A program made the translations under genes and the position numbers. Below, one piece after another: positions 18,448 through 27,440 of a stretch of DNA of 64,000 bases. The stretch is from Clostridia bacterium (GTDB lineage Bacteria > Bacillota > Clostridia > Oscillospirales > CAG-272): positions 926-64,925 of the forward strand of contig JAFXHH010000002.1 of the NCBI GenBank assembly GCA_017536475.1. Direction: 5' to 3'. Position 1 is the stretch's first letter, and every line of letters starts with the position of its first letter. Below the pieces are notes generated by a model that made no database searches, was not told the DNA's origin, and saw only the letters and a program-made list of their open reading frames with translations.

Positions 18448-19698
18448 ATGACAAAAGAATTCTTTCCCGACGGCACAACGCCTATCGACGATTGGTTTTA
18501 CAATACCCGTATCCCCAACCTTTCGGAGCTTGGAAAACCTTATAAAATAACCGATTTCGGCGCCAAAAACGACGGAAATATATACACAAAAGAGATTCAA
18601 TCGGCTATCGATACCGCACACGCAAACGGCGGCGGCGTTATTATCATTCCAAAGGGCAGATTTATGTCAGGCGCACTCTTTTTCAAGTCAGGTGTAAACC
18701 TCTATCTCGAAAAGGATGCCATACTTATGGGTAGCGACGACATCTGTGATTATCCTCTTTGTTGGACGAGGATTGAGGGTCAATGTCGGTTATATTTTCC
18801 CGCCCTCGTCAATGCCGACCGTAACGACGGCTTCACTCTGTGCGGAAGGGGAGTGATAGACGGCAATGGATTTAAAGCATGGCGGGCATTCTGGCTTCGC
18901 TGGGAGTGGAACAAAAACCTTTCAAATCTCGACGAGCAACGTCCTCGGTTGCTCTTTGTTTCCAATTCAAGCAACGTAACCATCGCCGAAACTACCTTTC
19001 AGAATTCTCATTTTTGGTCAACGCATATCTACAAGTGTGACCATGTAAAATATCTGAATTGCAATATCCTGGCACCGCACTTCCCTGTCAGAGCGCCAAG
19101 CTCGGACGCTATAGACGTAGATGTCTGTCACGACGTGCTGATCAAGAATTGCTATTTCAACGTTAACGACGATTCGGTGGTGCTTAAGGGAGGCAAGGGT
19201 GTAAATGCCGAAAAGCTTTCCGAAAACGGTGAAAATCAGCGCGTTTTGGTTGAGGACTGTCACTACGGCTTCTGTCACGGTGTTCTGACATGCGGCTCGG
19301 AGTCTATCCACAACAAAAACGTCATCGTCCGCAACTGTCACGTAGACGAAACGATATATCTGCTTTGGTTCAAGCTCCGCAACGACACCGCACAGCACTA
19401 TGAATTTATACGCATAGAAAATATCGGCTGTGATAGCGCAAGAAGCTTTATAAATCTAAATCTTTTCGGCGATCAAAGCGACAACGGCCTTTCATCGAAG
19501 GTCAATGACGTAACCGTCAAGGATTGCTCCTGCAGCTGTGACGTTTTCTACGACGTAACCGTCACCGAAGGCAGAACCTCTGCGCAAAATTTCACTCTTG
19601 AAAACCTGCAGATCAAATGCCGCGAGAGCAGATTTGACAAGGATCTCGTGAGGAATACCGTCGCAAAAAACATCGTCGTAAACGGCGAAATTCAATAA
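18448..19698 (+). CDS. GH28 exo-polygalacturonase-like glycoside hydrolase
   Basis: TRIEG, EQRPRL, SSDAID, VNDD, CHG..CGSE, FKLR motifs; no signal peptide. Confidence 0.88.
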   Translation: MTKEFFPDGTTPIDDWFYNTRIPNLSELGKPYKITDFGAKNDGNIYTKEIQSAIDTAHANGGGVIIIPKGRFMSGALFFKSGVNLYLEKDAILMGSDDICDYPLCWTRIEGQCRLYFPALVNADRNDGFTLCGRGVIDGNGFKAWRAFWLRWEWNKNLSNLDEQRPRLLFVSNSSNVTIAETTFQNSHFWSTHIYKCDHVKYLNCNILAPHFPVRAPSSDAIDVDVCHDVLIKNCYFNVNDDSVVLKGGKGVNAEKLSENGENQRVLVEDCHYGFCHGVLTCGSESIHNKNVIVRNCHVDETIYLLWFKLRNDTAQHYEFIRIENIGCDSARSFINLNLFGDQSDNGLSSKVNDVTVKDCSCSCDVFYDVTVTEGRTSAQNFTLENLQIKCRESRFDKDLVRNTVAKNIVVNGEIQ

Positions 19699-19760
19699 TT
19701 CCACCGTCGATCTCCGCCTGATCCTTGCGCTAGATCATTCATACCGTAAACAACTCAAGC

Positions 19761-19804
19761 AAGACCCCCGACAGACTGCATTTTCAGTCTGTCGGGGGTC
19801 TTTT
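19761..19804. terminator. Bidirectional terminator
   Basis: AAGACCCCCGACAGACTG-cattt-tCAGTCTGTCGGGGGTCTT between convergent genes. Confidence 0.8.
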
Positions 19805-19805
19805 A

Positions 19806-20969
19806 TCAGCACCTATCCACGTTAACGACGATAAAATGATCGGGCTTTTCTTCTGCTATCTTACCTTGGACAGCAGCCTTTATCTCGTCATCGGTCAGCT
19901 TGACCTCAAACGGTACGCTGATGTCAAAAAGCAGATTGGTGTGACTTTTTCCTCGAACAAATCGGAAATCATGTATCTCAAGCCTTTCGTCTACGATCTT
20001 AACGCGATCCATAACGAAGGCTCTCATATTATTGATCTCCTCATCGTCAACAACGATGGGGTCCATGTGAATGTTCGACTGTATTCCAAGCTCGGCGTTC
20101 AATCTTTTCTCAATAAGATCGATCATATCGTGAGACTCAAAAATATCCTTCGAGCCGTCAACCTCAACGTGCAGATTTGCCACAAAGCGACCGGGACCGT
20201 AGCTGTGCACGACCATGTCGTGAATACCGAGCGCATCGGGAAATTCGGCAACTATCGCTTTTATTCCCTCAACCACCTCGTCGGACGGTGCCTCTCCGAG
20301 AATAGAATTTTTTGTGTCGTTGAGTATCTTGATGCCCGCGATAAAAATGACAACCGCAACCGCAACGCCCATGTATCCGTCTATGTCAACGCCCGTAAAT
20401 TTGAAGATAAGCATAGCGATAAGCACCGCCGTGCTCGCGCCCGCGTCAGAAAGACTGTCCGCCGCCGTCGCTCTCATTACCGCGGAGTCGATCTTCTTCG
20501 CGATCCTTCGATTGAAAAGCACGAGCCAGAGCTTAAAAAGTATCGACACCGCCAAAACGGCGATCATCAACCAAGAAAAGCTCGTTTCCTGGCTGTCATC
20601 AAATATCTTATCCAAAGACTCGCGCAGCAGATTCCAGCCCACAAGCATAATGAAAAACGAAACTATCATACTTGCCACGTACTCAATGCGTGCGTGACCG
20701 AACGGGTGGCCTCTGTCGGCAGGCTTTGCCGCCATTTTAAAGCTTATCAGCGAAATGATCTGCGAGCCCGCGTCCGACAGATTGTTAATACCGTCACCCG
20801 CCAAGGATATCGCTCCGAATAAAATACCGACCGCGATCTTGCCCACCGCCAAAACTATATTTACGATTATACCCACAACGCTTGCAAGCGTTCCGTACGC
20901 TCGTCTCACCGCAGGGGATTTTATATTTTCTCCGTCCTTAACGAACAGTCTGCATAAAAGCTCTGTCAC
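19806..20969 (-). CDS. Cation diffusion facilitator (CDF) family transporter
   Basis: NNLSD, HPFGHARIEY, DSLSD, GIHDMVVHSYGPG; GTG start. Confidence 0.92.
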   Translation of the reverse strand: MTELLCRLFVKDGENIKSPAVRRAYGTLASVVGIIVNIVLAVGKIAVGILFGAISLAGDGINNLSDAGSQIISLISFKMAAKPADRGHPFGHARIEYVASMIVSFFIMLVGWNLLRESLDKIFDDSQETSFSWLMIAVLAVSILFKLWLVLFNRRIAKKIDSAVMRATAADSLSDAGASTAVLIAMLIFKFTGVDIDGYMGVAVAVVIFIAGIKILNDTKNSILGEAPSDEVVEGIKAIVAEFPDALGIHDMVVHSYGPGRFVANLHVEVDGSKDIFESHDMIDLIEKRLNAELGIQSNIHMDPIVVDDEEINNMRAFVMDRVKIVDERLEIHDFRFVRGKSHTNLLFDISVPFEVKLTDDEIKAAVQGKIAEEKPDHFIVVNVDRC

Positions 20970-21008
20970 GGGAAAGTCCTCTTTTCTCTGAAATCTTTTT
21001 ACCGACCC

Positions 21009-22559
21009 TTACTCGTCGTCGGTTCCCCAATATTTTCTGTCAAGGCTTCTGAACTGTATCGCCTCGGCAATATGCTCTGCACGGATCATATCACTCTTGT
21101 CAAGATCGGCAATAGTCCTCGCAACCCTCATAATGCGGTCGTATCCGCGCGCGGAAAGGCCCATAGAATCGTACGCCGAGTGGAGCAATTCCATCGCATC
21201 CTCGTCTGCCTGACAGTATTTTCTGATCCCGCGCGAATCAAGAGAGGCGTTGTTGAGATATCCGTCCTCTCCCATTCTCTGCTGTGCAAATTTGCGCGCC
21301 TCGATAACTCTCGCTCTGACCGTCGCACTGCTCTCACCGACACCGGTGTTGCTCGAAAGCTCGTCGTAGCTCAGAGAAGGAAGCTCTATCTGTATGTCTA
21401 TTCGGTCAAGCATAGGACCGCTTATGCGCGATATGTATCTTTTCACGTCAGCGCTCTTGCAGGTGCACTTTCTGGTCGGATGACCGAAATATCCGCATCG
21501 GCAGGGGTTCATCGCGCCCACGAGCATAAAATTGCACGGGAAGGTCACGCGGCCGTTCGCTCTGGTGATGGTCACCTTGCGATCCTCAAGCGGCTGACGG
21601 AGCGCGTCGGTCACCTGCTTTGGAAACTCGGGAAGCTCGTCAAGGAACAAAACTCCGTTGTCGGCAAGAGACACCTCTCCCGGCATAGGATTTATACCGC
21701 CGCCCACAAGGCTGACCGCGCTCATCGTGTGGTGCGGTGAACGGAAGGGACGAACCGATAAAAGCGACACGCCGTCGGGCAGAGTGCCCGCGACCGAGTG
21801 CACCTTCGTGGTCTCAATAGCCTCGGCAAAGGAAAGCGGAGGCAGAATAGTCGGCAGACGCTTCGCCAGCATCGATTTGCCCGTTCCGGGAGGTCCGATG
21901 AGCAGAATATTGTGTCCGCCCGTAGCGGCGATCTCCATCGCACGCTTCGCCTGCGCCTGACCCTTAACGTCCGAAAAATCTATTCCGTAAGTATTCGCCG
22001 CATCGCAAAATCCTCCGCGGTCATAGACCTCGGGAGTGATCGGCTCGGTTCCGTTGAGGTGAGCCACAAGCTGTCTCATATCCTTGACCGCGTATACGGT
22101 TATTCCCTCTACCGCCGCAGCCTCGCCCGCGTTGTCGGCAGGCACGAAAAACTCGCGAAATCCCGCGTCTCTCGCCGCCACGCACATCGAAAGCACGCCG
22201 CGGATCGATCGCAGAGCGCCCGAAAGCGAAAGCTCGCCCACGAAGCATTTGTCGGATACGTCAATGTCCGATCTCACGATTCCCGCACACTTCATAATGC
22301 CGAGCAATATCGCCACGTCGTAAGCCGAGCCCTCTTTTTTTCGGTCAGCGGGCGCGAGATTGAGCATAAACGACATTTCGGGAAATCTGAACCCGCTGTT
22401 GATGCACGCCGTCCTGACTCTCTCCTTTGCCTCCTTGACCGCCATATCGGGCAGTCCAACGAGCTCGAAATTAGGAAGTCTCGGCTGCGCGTCAGCCTCC
22501 ACGGTGACGATATATCCGTCAATTCCGAATATTCCCGCACTAAATATCGATGATAACAT
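21009..22559 (-). CDS. comM: YifB/ComM Mg-chelatase-like AAA+ ATPase
   Basis: VGLPD..VKEAKERVR, GPPGTGKS, RSPHHT, LFLDELPEF, MNPCRCG, RVARTIADL. Confidence 0.93.
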   Translation of the reverse strand: MLSSIFSAGIFGIDGYIVTVEADAQPRLPNFELVGLPDMAVKEAKERVRTACINSGFRFPEMSFMLNLAPADRKKEGSAYDVAILLGIMKCAGIVRSDIDVSDKCFVGELSLSGALRSIRGVLSMCVAARDAGFREFFVPADNAGEAAAVEGITVYAVKDMRQLVAHLNGTEPITPEVYDRGGFCDAANTYGIDFSDVKGQAQAKRAMEIAATGGHNILLIGPPGTGKSMLAKRLPTILPPLSFAEAIETTKVHSVAGTLPDGVSLLSVRPFRSPHHTMSAVSLVGGGINPMPGEVSLADNGVLFLDELPEFPKQVTDALRQPLEDRKVTITRANGRVTFPCNFMLVGAMNPCRCGYFGHPTRKCTCKSADVKRYISRISGPMLDRIDIQIELPSLSYDELSSNTGVGESSATVRARVIEARKFAQQRMGEDGYLNNASLDSRGIRKYCQADEDAMELLHSAYDSMGLSARGYDRIMRVARTIADLDKSDMIRAEHIAEAIQFRSLDRKYWGTDDE

Positions 22560-22797
22560 AACAATCTCCGTTCCGCCGCACACGGCGGCAATATCAAGAC
22601 CCGTGAAAATAGTCCTCGGTACAGCTTTTAAAAATAAAGCTGATCATTAAATCAAGTATACCACATTTGCCGTAAAATTACAATAAAATATTGCAAAAAA
22701 TACCCGATCTTCCCTAAAAAGCCCTCACTTTTCGCGATTGTTCACAAAATTTGTTAAAATGTTTACAAAAGTTATCTTCAAACCGCCGATAAACCTA

Positions 22798-22826
22798 TTG
22801 ACAATTTCATTGAATTGCGGTATAAT
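22798..22826 (+). promoter_or_regulatory. Sigma-A promoter
   Basis: TTGACA-17 nt-TATAAT upstream of the LRR lipoprotein. Confidence 0.7.
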
Positions 22827-22870
22827 TTTATATGTATAAATTTGTAACTATAATCTCTCGGAGGTCTGAT

Positions 22871-24019
22871 ATGAAAAAAATAGCTCTGATAGTCCTTGCG
22901 GCGTTGTTGGCACTTTCGCTGATCGCTTGCTCGAATTCGGGCGGAGACAACACTTCTCTTGATGAATATATAGCTCCCGACTATACCTGTAAAATAACTA
23001 CGGGAACGCTCACTTTTGAAGACAGTGTCGGTGACACCGCGATCATTACCGACTATGCGGGTCTGTACAAGGCTCACGAGGTCGAAATACCCGAAAAGGT
23101 ATCTAACGCCACGATCGATGAGCGTACCGTTGTCGGCATAGGAGATGAGGCGTTCCTCTCCTGCACCTCTATAACCTCAATAGTTATTCCCAACACAGTC
23201 ACATATATCGGAGATTGGGCTTTCGCAAGATGCACCGGACTTGAAACGATAGTTATTCCCGCGTCTGTAACCTCTATCGGCAACGGCGCGTTCAGTGAGT
23301 GCACCAGCCTTAAGACCATCATTTTTGAGGAAGGCAGCCAGCTTACCTCTATCGGAGACTATGCGTTCAACGATTGCTCGGCTCTCACCGAAATCTCTCT
23401 TCCCGAGGGCCTTACCTCTATCGGATTCTTCGCATTCAACGGATGTTCCGCTATAACTTCCATGGAGACTCCCTCCACCCTCAAAACTATCGGCGACCTC
23501 GCGTTCTACAACTGTGCAGGCCTTAACGCAGAGGGCGCGCTCGTTCTCAACGAAGCGCTGACCTCTATCGGCAAATTTGCTTTTGCAGGAATAAACAAAG
23601 ACTATATCGTAGCTCCCGAGGGCTCTTATGCTGCTAAATACGTCGAAGCGATGATCGACCTTGAGGAAGAAGAGGAGACCACCGAAGACGTTACGGTTGG
23701 ACCGGGTGAGGATACCACCGAAAGCTCCGCCGAGGGCACAACCGAAGCAACCGAGGACACCTCCGATGACACGACCGAAGCAACCGAGGACACCTCCGAT
23801 GACACGACCGAGGTGACCGAGGACACTACCGACGGCACTACCGAGGCGACCGAGGACACCACCGACGGCACTACCGAGGCGACCGAGGACACCACCGACG
23901 GCACTACCGAGGTGACCGAGGATACTACCGACGGCACTACCGAAGTAACCGAGGATACTACCGAGGATACTACCGAGGATACCACCGAGGACGCGTCCAC
24001 AGAAACCGAAACCGCTTAA
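22871..24019 (+). CDS. BspA-like LRR lipoprotein with acidic Thr/Glu/Asp-rich tail
   Basis: GGAGG RBS; LIAC lipobox; IGxxAFxxCxxL repeats; TEDTTDGTTEA tail. Confidence 0.88.
   Translation: MKKIALIVLAALLALSLIACSNSGGDNTSLDEYIAPDYTCKITTGTLTFEDSVGDTAIITDYAGLYKAHEVEIPEKVSNATIDERTVVGIGDEAFLSCTSITSIVIPNTVTYIGDWAFARCTGLETIVIPASVTSIGNGAFSECTSLKTIIFEEGSQLTSIGDYAFNDCSALTEISLPEGLTSIGFFAFNGCSAITSMETPSTLKTIGDLAFYNCAGLNAEGALVLNEALTSIGKFAFAGINKDYIVAPEGSYAAKYVEAMIDLEEEEETTEDVTVGPGEDTTESSAEGTTEATEDTSDDTTEATEDTSDDTTEVTEDTTDGTTEATEDTTDGTTEATEDTTDGTTEVTEDTTDGTTEVTEDTTEDTTEDTTEDASTETETA
23735..23992 (+). repeat. 33-bp (11-aa) coding tandem repeats decaying into 12-bp units
   Basis: accgaggacaccaccgacggcactaccgaggcg-type units. 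Confidence 0.85.
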
Positions 24020-24034
24020 TAGAAATAATGATAC

Positions 24035-24070
24035 AAAAAACGCTTACGGCGCTGCCGTAAGCGTTTTTTT
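24035..24070. terminator. Bidirectional terminator
   Basis: AAAAAACGCTTACGGC-gct-GCCGTAAGCGTTTTTT. Confidence 0.8.
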
Positions 24071-24085
24071 GCTTTATCCTATTTT

Positions 24086-25105
24086 TTATCCTTCGGAAAA
24101 TCTGTGCTCTACCGCGACTACGACCGTCATCTCCGCGGAAAGTATCGAGTCTGCGCTGACCGTGCAGCCCGCCGCACGAATATGACCGCCGCCACCGTAA
24201 AGCGCGCATATTTCGGACACGTCAAAATCGCAGGACGATCGCATCGAAACGCGGAATCGGTTCTCTGCCGTGGGTTGCTTGATCACCGCGGCGACCTCAA
24301 CTCCCTTAACGCATCTCGCAACGTCGATAAGCGTCTCAAGATGCTCATCCTCTGCACCGTATTGCTTTTTCAGATCGTAAGGAAAGGTTATCACGGCCAA
24401 GCGACCGTCGCAATAAAAGTTCATTCGCTCAAAGCCTGCGTGCTCTACCTGCATCTGCTTTAAGGTCTTGATGCCGAAAAGCCTGTGATTGATCTCGGCA
24501 GACCGAGCGCCGCTTTCAATAAGCTTCGCCGCCAGAGCGTGAGTGCTCGGGGACACGTTACTGTATCTGAAGCACCCCGTATCCGAGCTTATAGCGGTAT
24601 ATATCAGGTCCTTGACTCTGCGCGGGAGCTCACAAAAACCACGCTTCTCCATAACCGCTGCCAATACCTCGTACAAGACCTCGCCGCAAGCCGACGCCTC
24701 GGGACGAACGTAATTGTCCGCGTATGCCGTGCCCTTTCCGTGATGATCTATCATCAACGCGATCTTATCCTTGTAGACCTCGTAAAGCTCGCCGAGCTGG
24801 GATGGAGACGCCGTATCGACCGTAACGATAAGAGTCGGCTCAAATCCGTCAGGTATCGACGACGGCAAAACGCTCGTCTGCACGCCCTCGCAAATAAATG
24901 CCAGTCTATCGGGTAGCTCGTCAGCGCAAACGCACCAAGCTCGCCCGCCGCAAGCCTCGATAAAAGCGCGCAAAGCAAAAGCAGAGCCCGCCGCATCTCC
25001 GTCGGGATGAACGTGGAAAAGTATCAGCACGTCATCGCTCGAGCAGAGTATATCTGCCGCCTCATCCGCCGAAAGCGCACGGAATCGGTTCATTTCATCA
25101 ATCAT
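24086..25105 (-). CDS. nrnA: DHH/DHHA1 phosphoesterase (NrnA-like)
   Basis: HVHPDGDAAGS, IDHH, SDTGCF, GGGGHIRAAG; directly after rbfA. Confidence 0.88.
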   Translation of the reverse strand: MIDEMNRFRALSADEAADILCSSDDVLILFHVHPDGDAAGSAFALRAFIEACGGRAWCVCADELPDRLAFICEGVQTSVLPSSIPDGFEPTLIVTVDTASPSQLGELYEVYKDKIALMIDHHGKGTAYADNYVRPEASACGEVLYEVLAAVMEKRGFCELPRRVKDLIYTAISSDTGCFRYSNVSPSTHALAAKLIESGARSAEINHRLFGIKTLKQMQVEHAGFERMNFYCDGRLAVITFPYDLKKQYGAEDEHLETLIDVARCVKGVEVAAVIKQPTAENRFRVSMRSSCDFDVSEICALYGGGGHIRAAGCTVSADSILSAEMTVVVAVEHRFSEG

Positions 25106-25484
25106 TGTTTTCTTCTCCGTCGACAGCGACCTCGTCTTCGGGATCGGTAATGGTTATACCCTCAAGTATCTTCGAGATCTTAGCCCCGTATTCTATCGAG
25201 CCATCTTCAATAAAGGCTATTTCGGGAGTGATACGAAGATTCATTCTGCGAGCGATCTGACTGCGTATAAAACCGTTTGCCGCCTGCAAGCCCTTCTTTA
25301 TCTCCTTTTTATCTCCCGTCAAAGAGGAATAGTAGACCTTTGCGTTTCGCAGATCGGGCGTGACCGTAGCTCCCGTAACGCTGATAAACGCTCCCGAGAC
25401 TCTTGGGTCCTTAACGTCGCGCAAGATCATTGCTATCTCCTTTTGGAATTCATCGTTGATTCTTCCCTGTCTGTATTTTGCCAT
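25098..25484 (-). CDS. rbfA: Ribosome-binding factor A
   Basis: VKDPRV, VTPDLRNAKVY, GFIRSQIA..LRITPEI.F..D.SIEYG. Confidence 0.95.
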   Translation of the reverse strand: MAKYRQGRINDEFQKEIAMILRDVKDPRVSGAFISVTGATVTPDLRNAKVYYSSLTGDKKEIKKGLQAANGFIRSQIARRMNLRITPEIAFIEDGSIEYGAKISKILEGITITDPEDEVAVDGEENND

Positions 25485-25664
25485 GTAAGTCTCCATTCTG
25501 CCGTAGTCGGCAAATATAGTAATCTATGAATTTTGCCGTCAAGGCGAAATTTGTGCGTGAAAAAGCATATTTCACTATTAGATGAACATAACTTTCACGC
25601 TGTCCTCCTGCCACCTGGGCAATATTCTATTATTGTACGTAAATAAGTTGATTTATTCTTAAAC

Positions 25665-26585
25665 TCAGCAAAGCTCGCCAAGCTCTTCAATTCCGACGGA
25701 GCCGTCGTCCTGCTTGACTCCCACAAATCCCACGTCGGCATAAAACGGCGAAAAATTGACCGTCACAAGTCCCTCGTGGAATTCATATCCGAAATCCATA
25801 CCGTGCTTTTCGTGTGCGATCCTTAAAAGCAGCTCAGCGCCACCTTCCCAACCGTCGTCGAAAGCATCAAACTGAAATTTCAAGCGAAGATAATCGAATC
25901 CGCCCACGATCTCACAGCTCAGCCTTCGATCGCGCGAATGTGCACGGGCGATCATCGCCAAGGTCAAAAAGCAAGCCGCGCAAAATCGTCCGTCAAATAT
26001 TTCGGGGCGCTCAAAATAGAGCTCTTCTCCGTCGGCAGCGACTGCCTCACATTCAATCTTGACTCCGACAAACTCCGCAACAGAGATCATACAAGTACGT
26101 AGCGTCCCGACATGCTCTGCGTTTCTTTGAAGCTTCAGGCACGACAGGGTCTCTATCTGCCCGATCACGCTCGTGAGATAGTCGTATATTTCCTTCTCTT
26201 CCCTCGCCGAAAAGCGTCTTTCGGCAGATGCGGCGGCTTTCAATCCCTCCGAGACCGCAAAGCTTTCAAAGAAAAAGCCTCGCATTATGACCGAGACCGA
26301 CTCGGTCGGCAGATCGAGTGCGACCGCCAAGCAAAGAGAAGTGTCGTAAGCAAAGTATTTAAAGAAAAGCACCGCCTTATCCTGTCCCATCGCGGCTATA
26401 CTTGTTTTTCCGTAAGCGTTCAGCTCACTTTGAAAAAACTCGATCTCCGAGTGTGGCATTCCAAGATGCTTGTATATGCTTTTGCCGATCACCTCGGACG
26501 AATCCTTCGCTCGGCACGCCACTATCCTGCCGTAGCCTTCTCTCGCAACACTGAATATGTATGCATCGTCCCGTAGTAATCTCAA
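25665..26585 (-). CDS. Hypothetical protein
   Basis: 306-codon ORF with GGAGG RBS 6 nt before a TTG start; no clear family. Confidence 0.65.
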   Translation of the reverse strand: MRLLRDDAYIFSVAREGYGRIVACRAKDSSEVIGKSIYKHLGMPHSEIEFFQSELNAYGKTSIAAMGQDKAVLFFKYFAYDTSLCLAVALDLPTESVSVIMRGFFFESFAVSEGLKAAASAERRFSAREEKEIYDYLTSVIGQIETLSCLKLQRNAEHVGTLRTCMISVAEFVGVKIECEAVAADGEELYFERPEIFDGRFCAACFLTLAMIARAHSRDRRLSCEIVGGFDYLRLKFQFDAFDDGWEGGAELLLRIAHEKHGMDFGYEFHEGLVTVNFSPFYADVGFVGVKQDDGSVGIEELGELC

Positions 26586-26645
26586 AACAAACCTCCTAAG
26601 TTGATTTCCGAATCACTCTGCCGTCGCGGTACAAATCAACCCATA

Positions 26646-27296
26646 TTATATTATAGTTGATTTTTGCCCTTTTGTCAAGTCATTTGCCGCCGTCTCGAGC
26701 TCCAAGAGATAAATTTCGGGCCTGTGAGCGTCGACCCGCGAATATTTACCCGATCTTCCCACGGTTATTGCCTCTCCAACGTGGCGGTAACCAAACAGTC
26801 TTGGGGGCAATCCCGTCACGACATCCCCCGCAACACTCACTCTGTAAAAATTCTCAAAGCGCTCCGCCGCATCGGATACCCTGCCCCAAATAACTCTCGG
26901 GCAGCCGAGCCCATAGCTTTCGCACTCCCCACGAATATCCGCCCGCTTCGAATAAACGTAGCTGTGACAAAGGAGAGAAAGCGCCGCACCGTGACTGTAT
27001 CCAACGGAAATTATGCGTCTGACCGAAGGGCTCAATATAAACCTCTCAATATACGGCAAAACGCTTTTCCAGACCCGCAAAAACCCCTCGTGGCAGAAAA
27101 AATCGCCCTCGCAGTCGCAATCCGCCGCGCGATAGGAGAGATTGTTTTTCCAATCCTCTCCCCCGTTGCTCTTTTCAAAAAATAAGTATAAAAGATCTCC
27201 GTCGCGTACAATCGCAAAGCTACCGCCGTTCTCGACCTCGCGGTAATCGGCATCAAGACAAGAGCTAAAAAGCTCGTACAAATAATCAAACTCCAT
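26646..27296 (-). CDS. Lipase class 3 family protein
   Basis: CHEGFL..W, GYSHGAA nucleophile elbow, GCPRV, DVVT.LPP...GYRHVG, DAH. Confidence 0.85.
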   Translation of the reverse strand: MEFDYLYELFSSCLDADYREVENGGSFAIVRDGDLLYLFFEKSNGGEDWKNNLSYRAADCDCEGDFFCHEGFLRVWKSVLPYIERFILSPSVRRIISVGYSHGAALSLLCHSYVYSKRADIRGECESYGLGCPRVIWGRVSDAAERFENFYRVSVAGDVVTGLPPRLFGYRHVGEAITVGRSGKYSRVDAHRPEIYLLELETAANDLTKGQKSTII

Positions 27297-27440
27297 AGAT
27301 ACAAAAACCCTCCGTTTTTATATCAATATATGCAAGATCTTCTCCTTGGGCGAATAATCTCCTCACTTGCAAATCCCTACCGACGCAGAAGGCTCACCAC
27401 CGCGAAAACGCGGCGGTGAGCCTGAAGTTCATAGCTGCTA

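Noticed and set aside
23735-23992. Regular repeats that could be mistaken for a CRISPR array (also 3030-3250)
   Set aside because: They are in-frame coding tandem repeats with no unique spacers, and no cas genes are present
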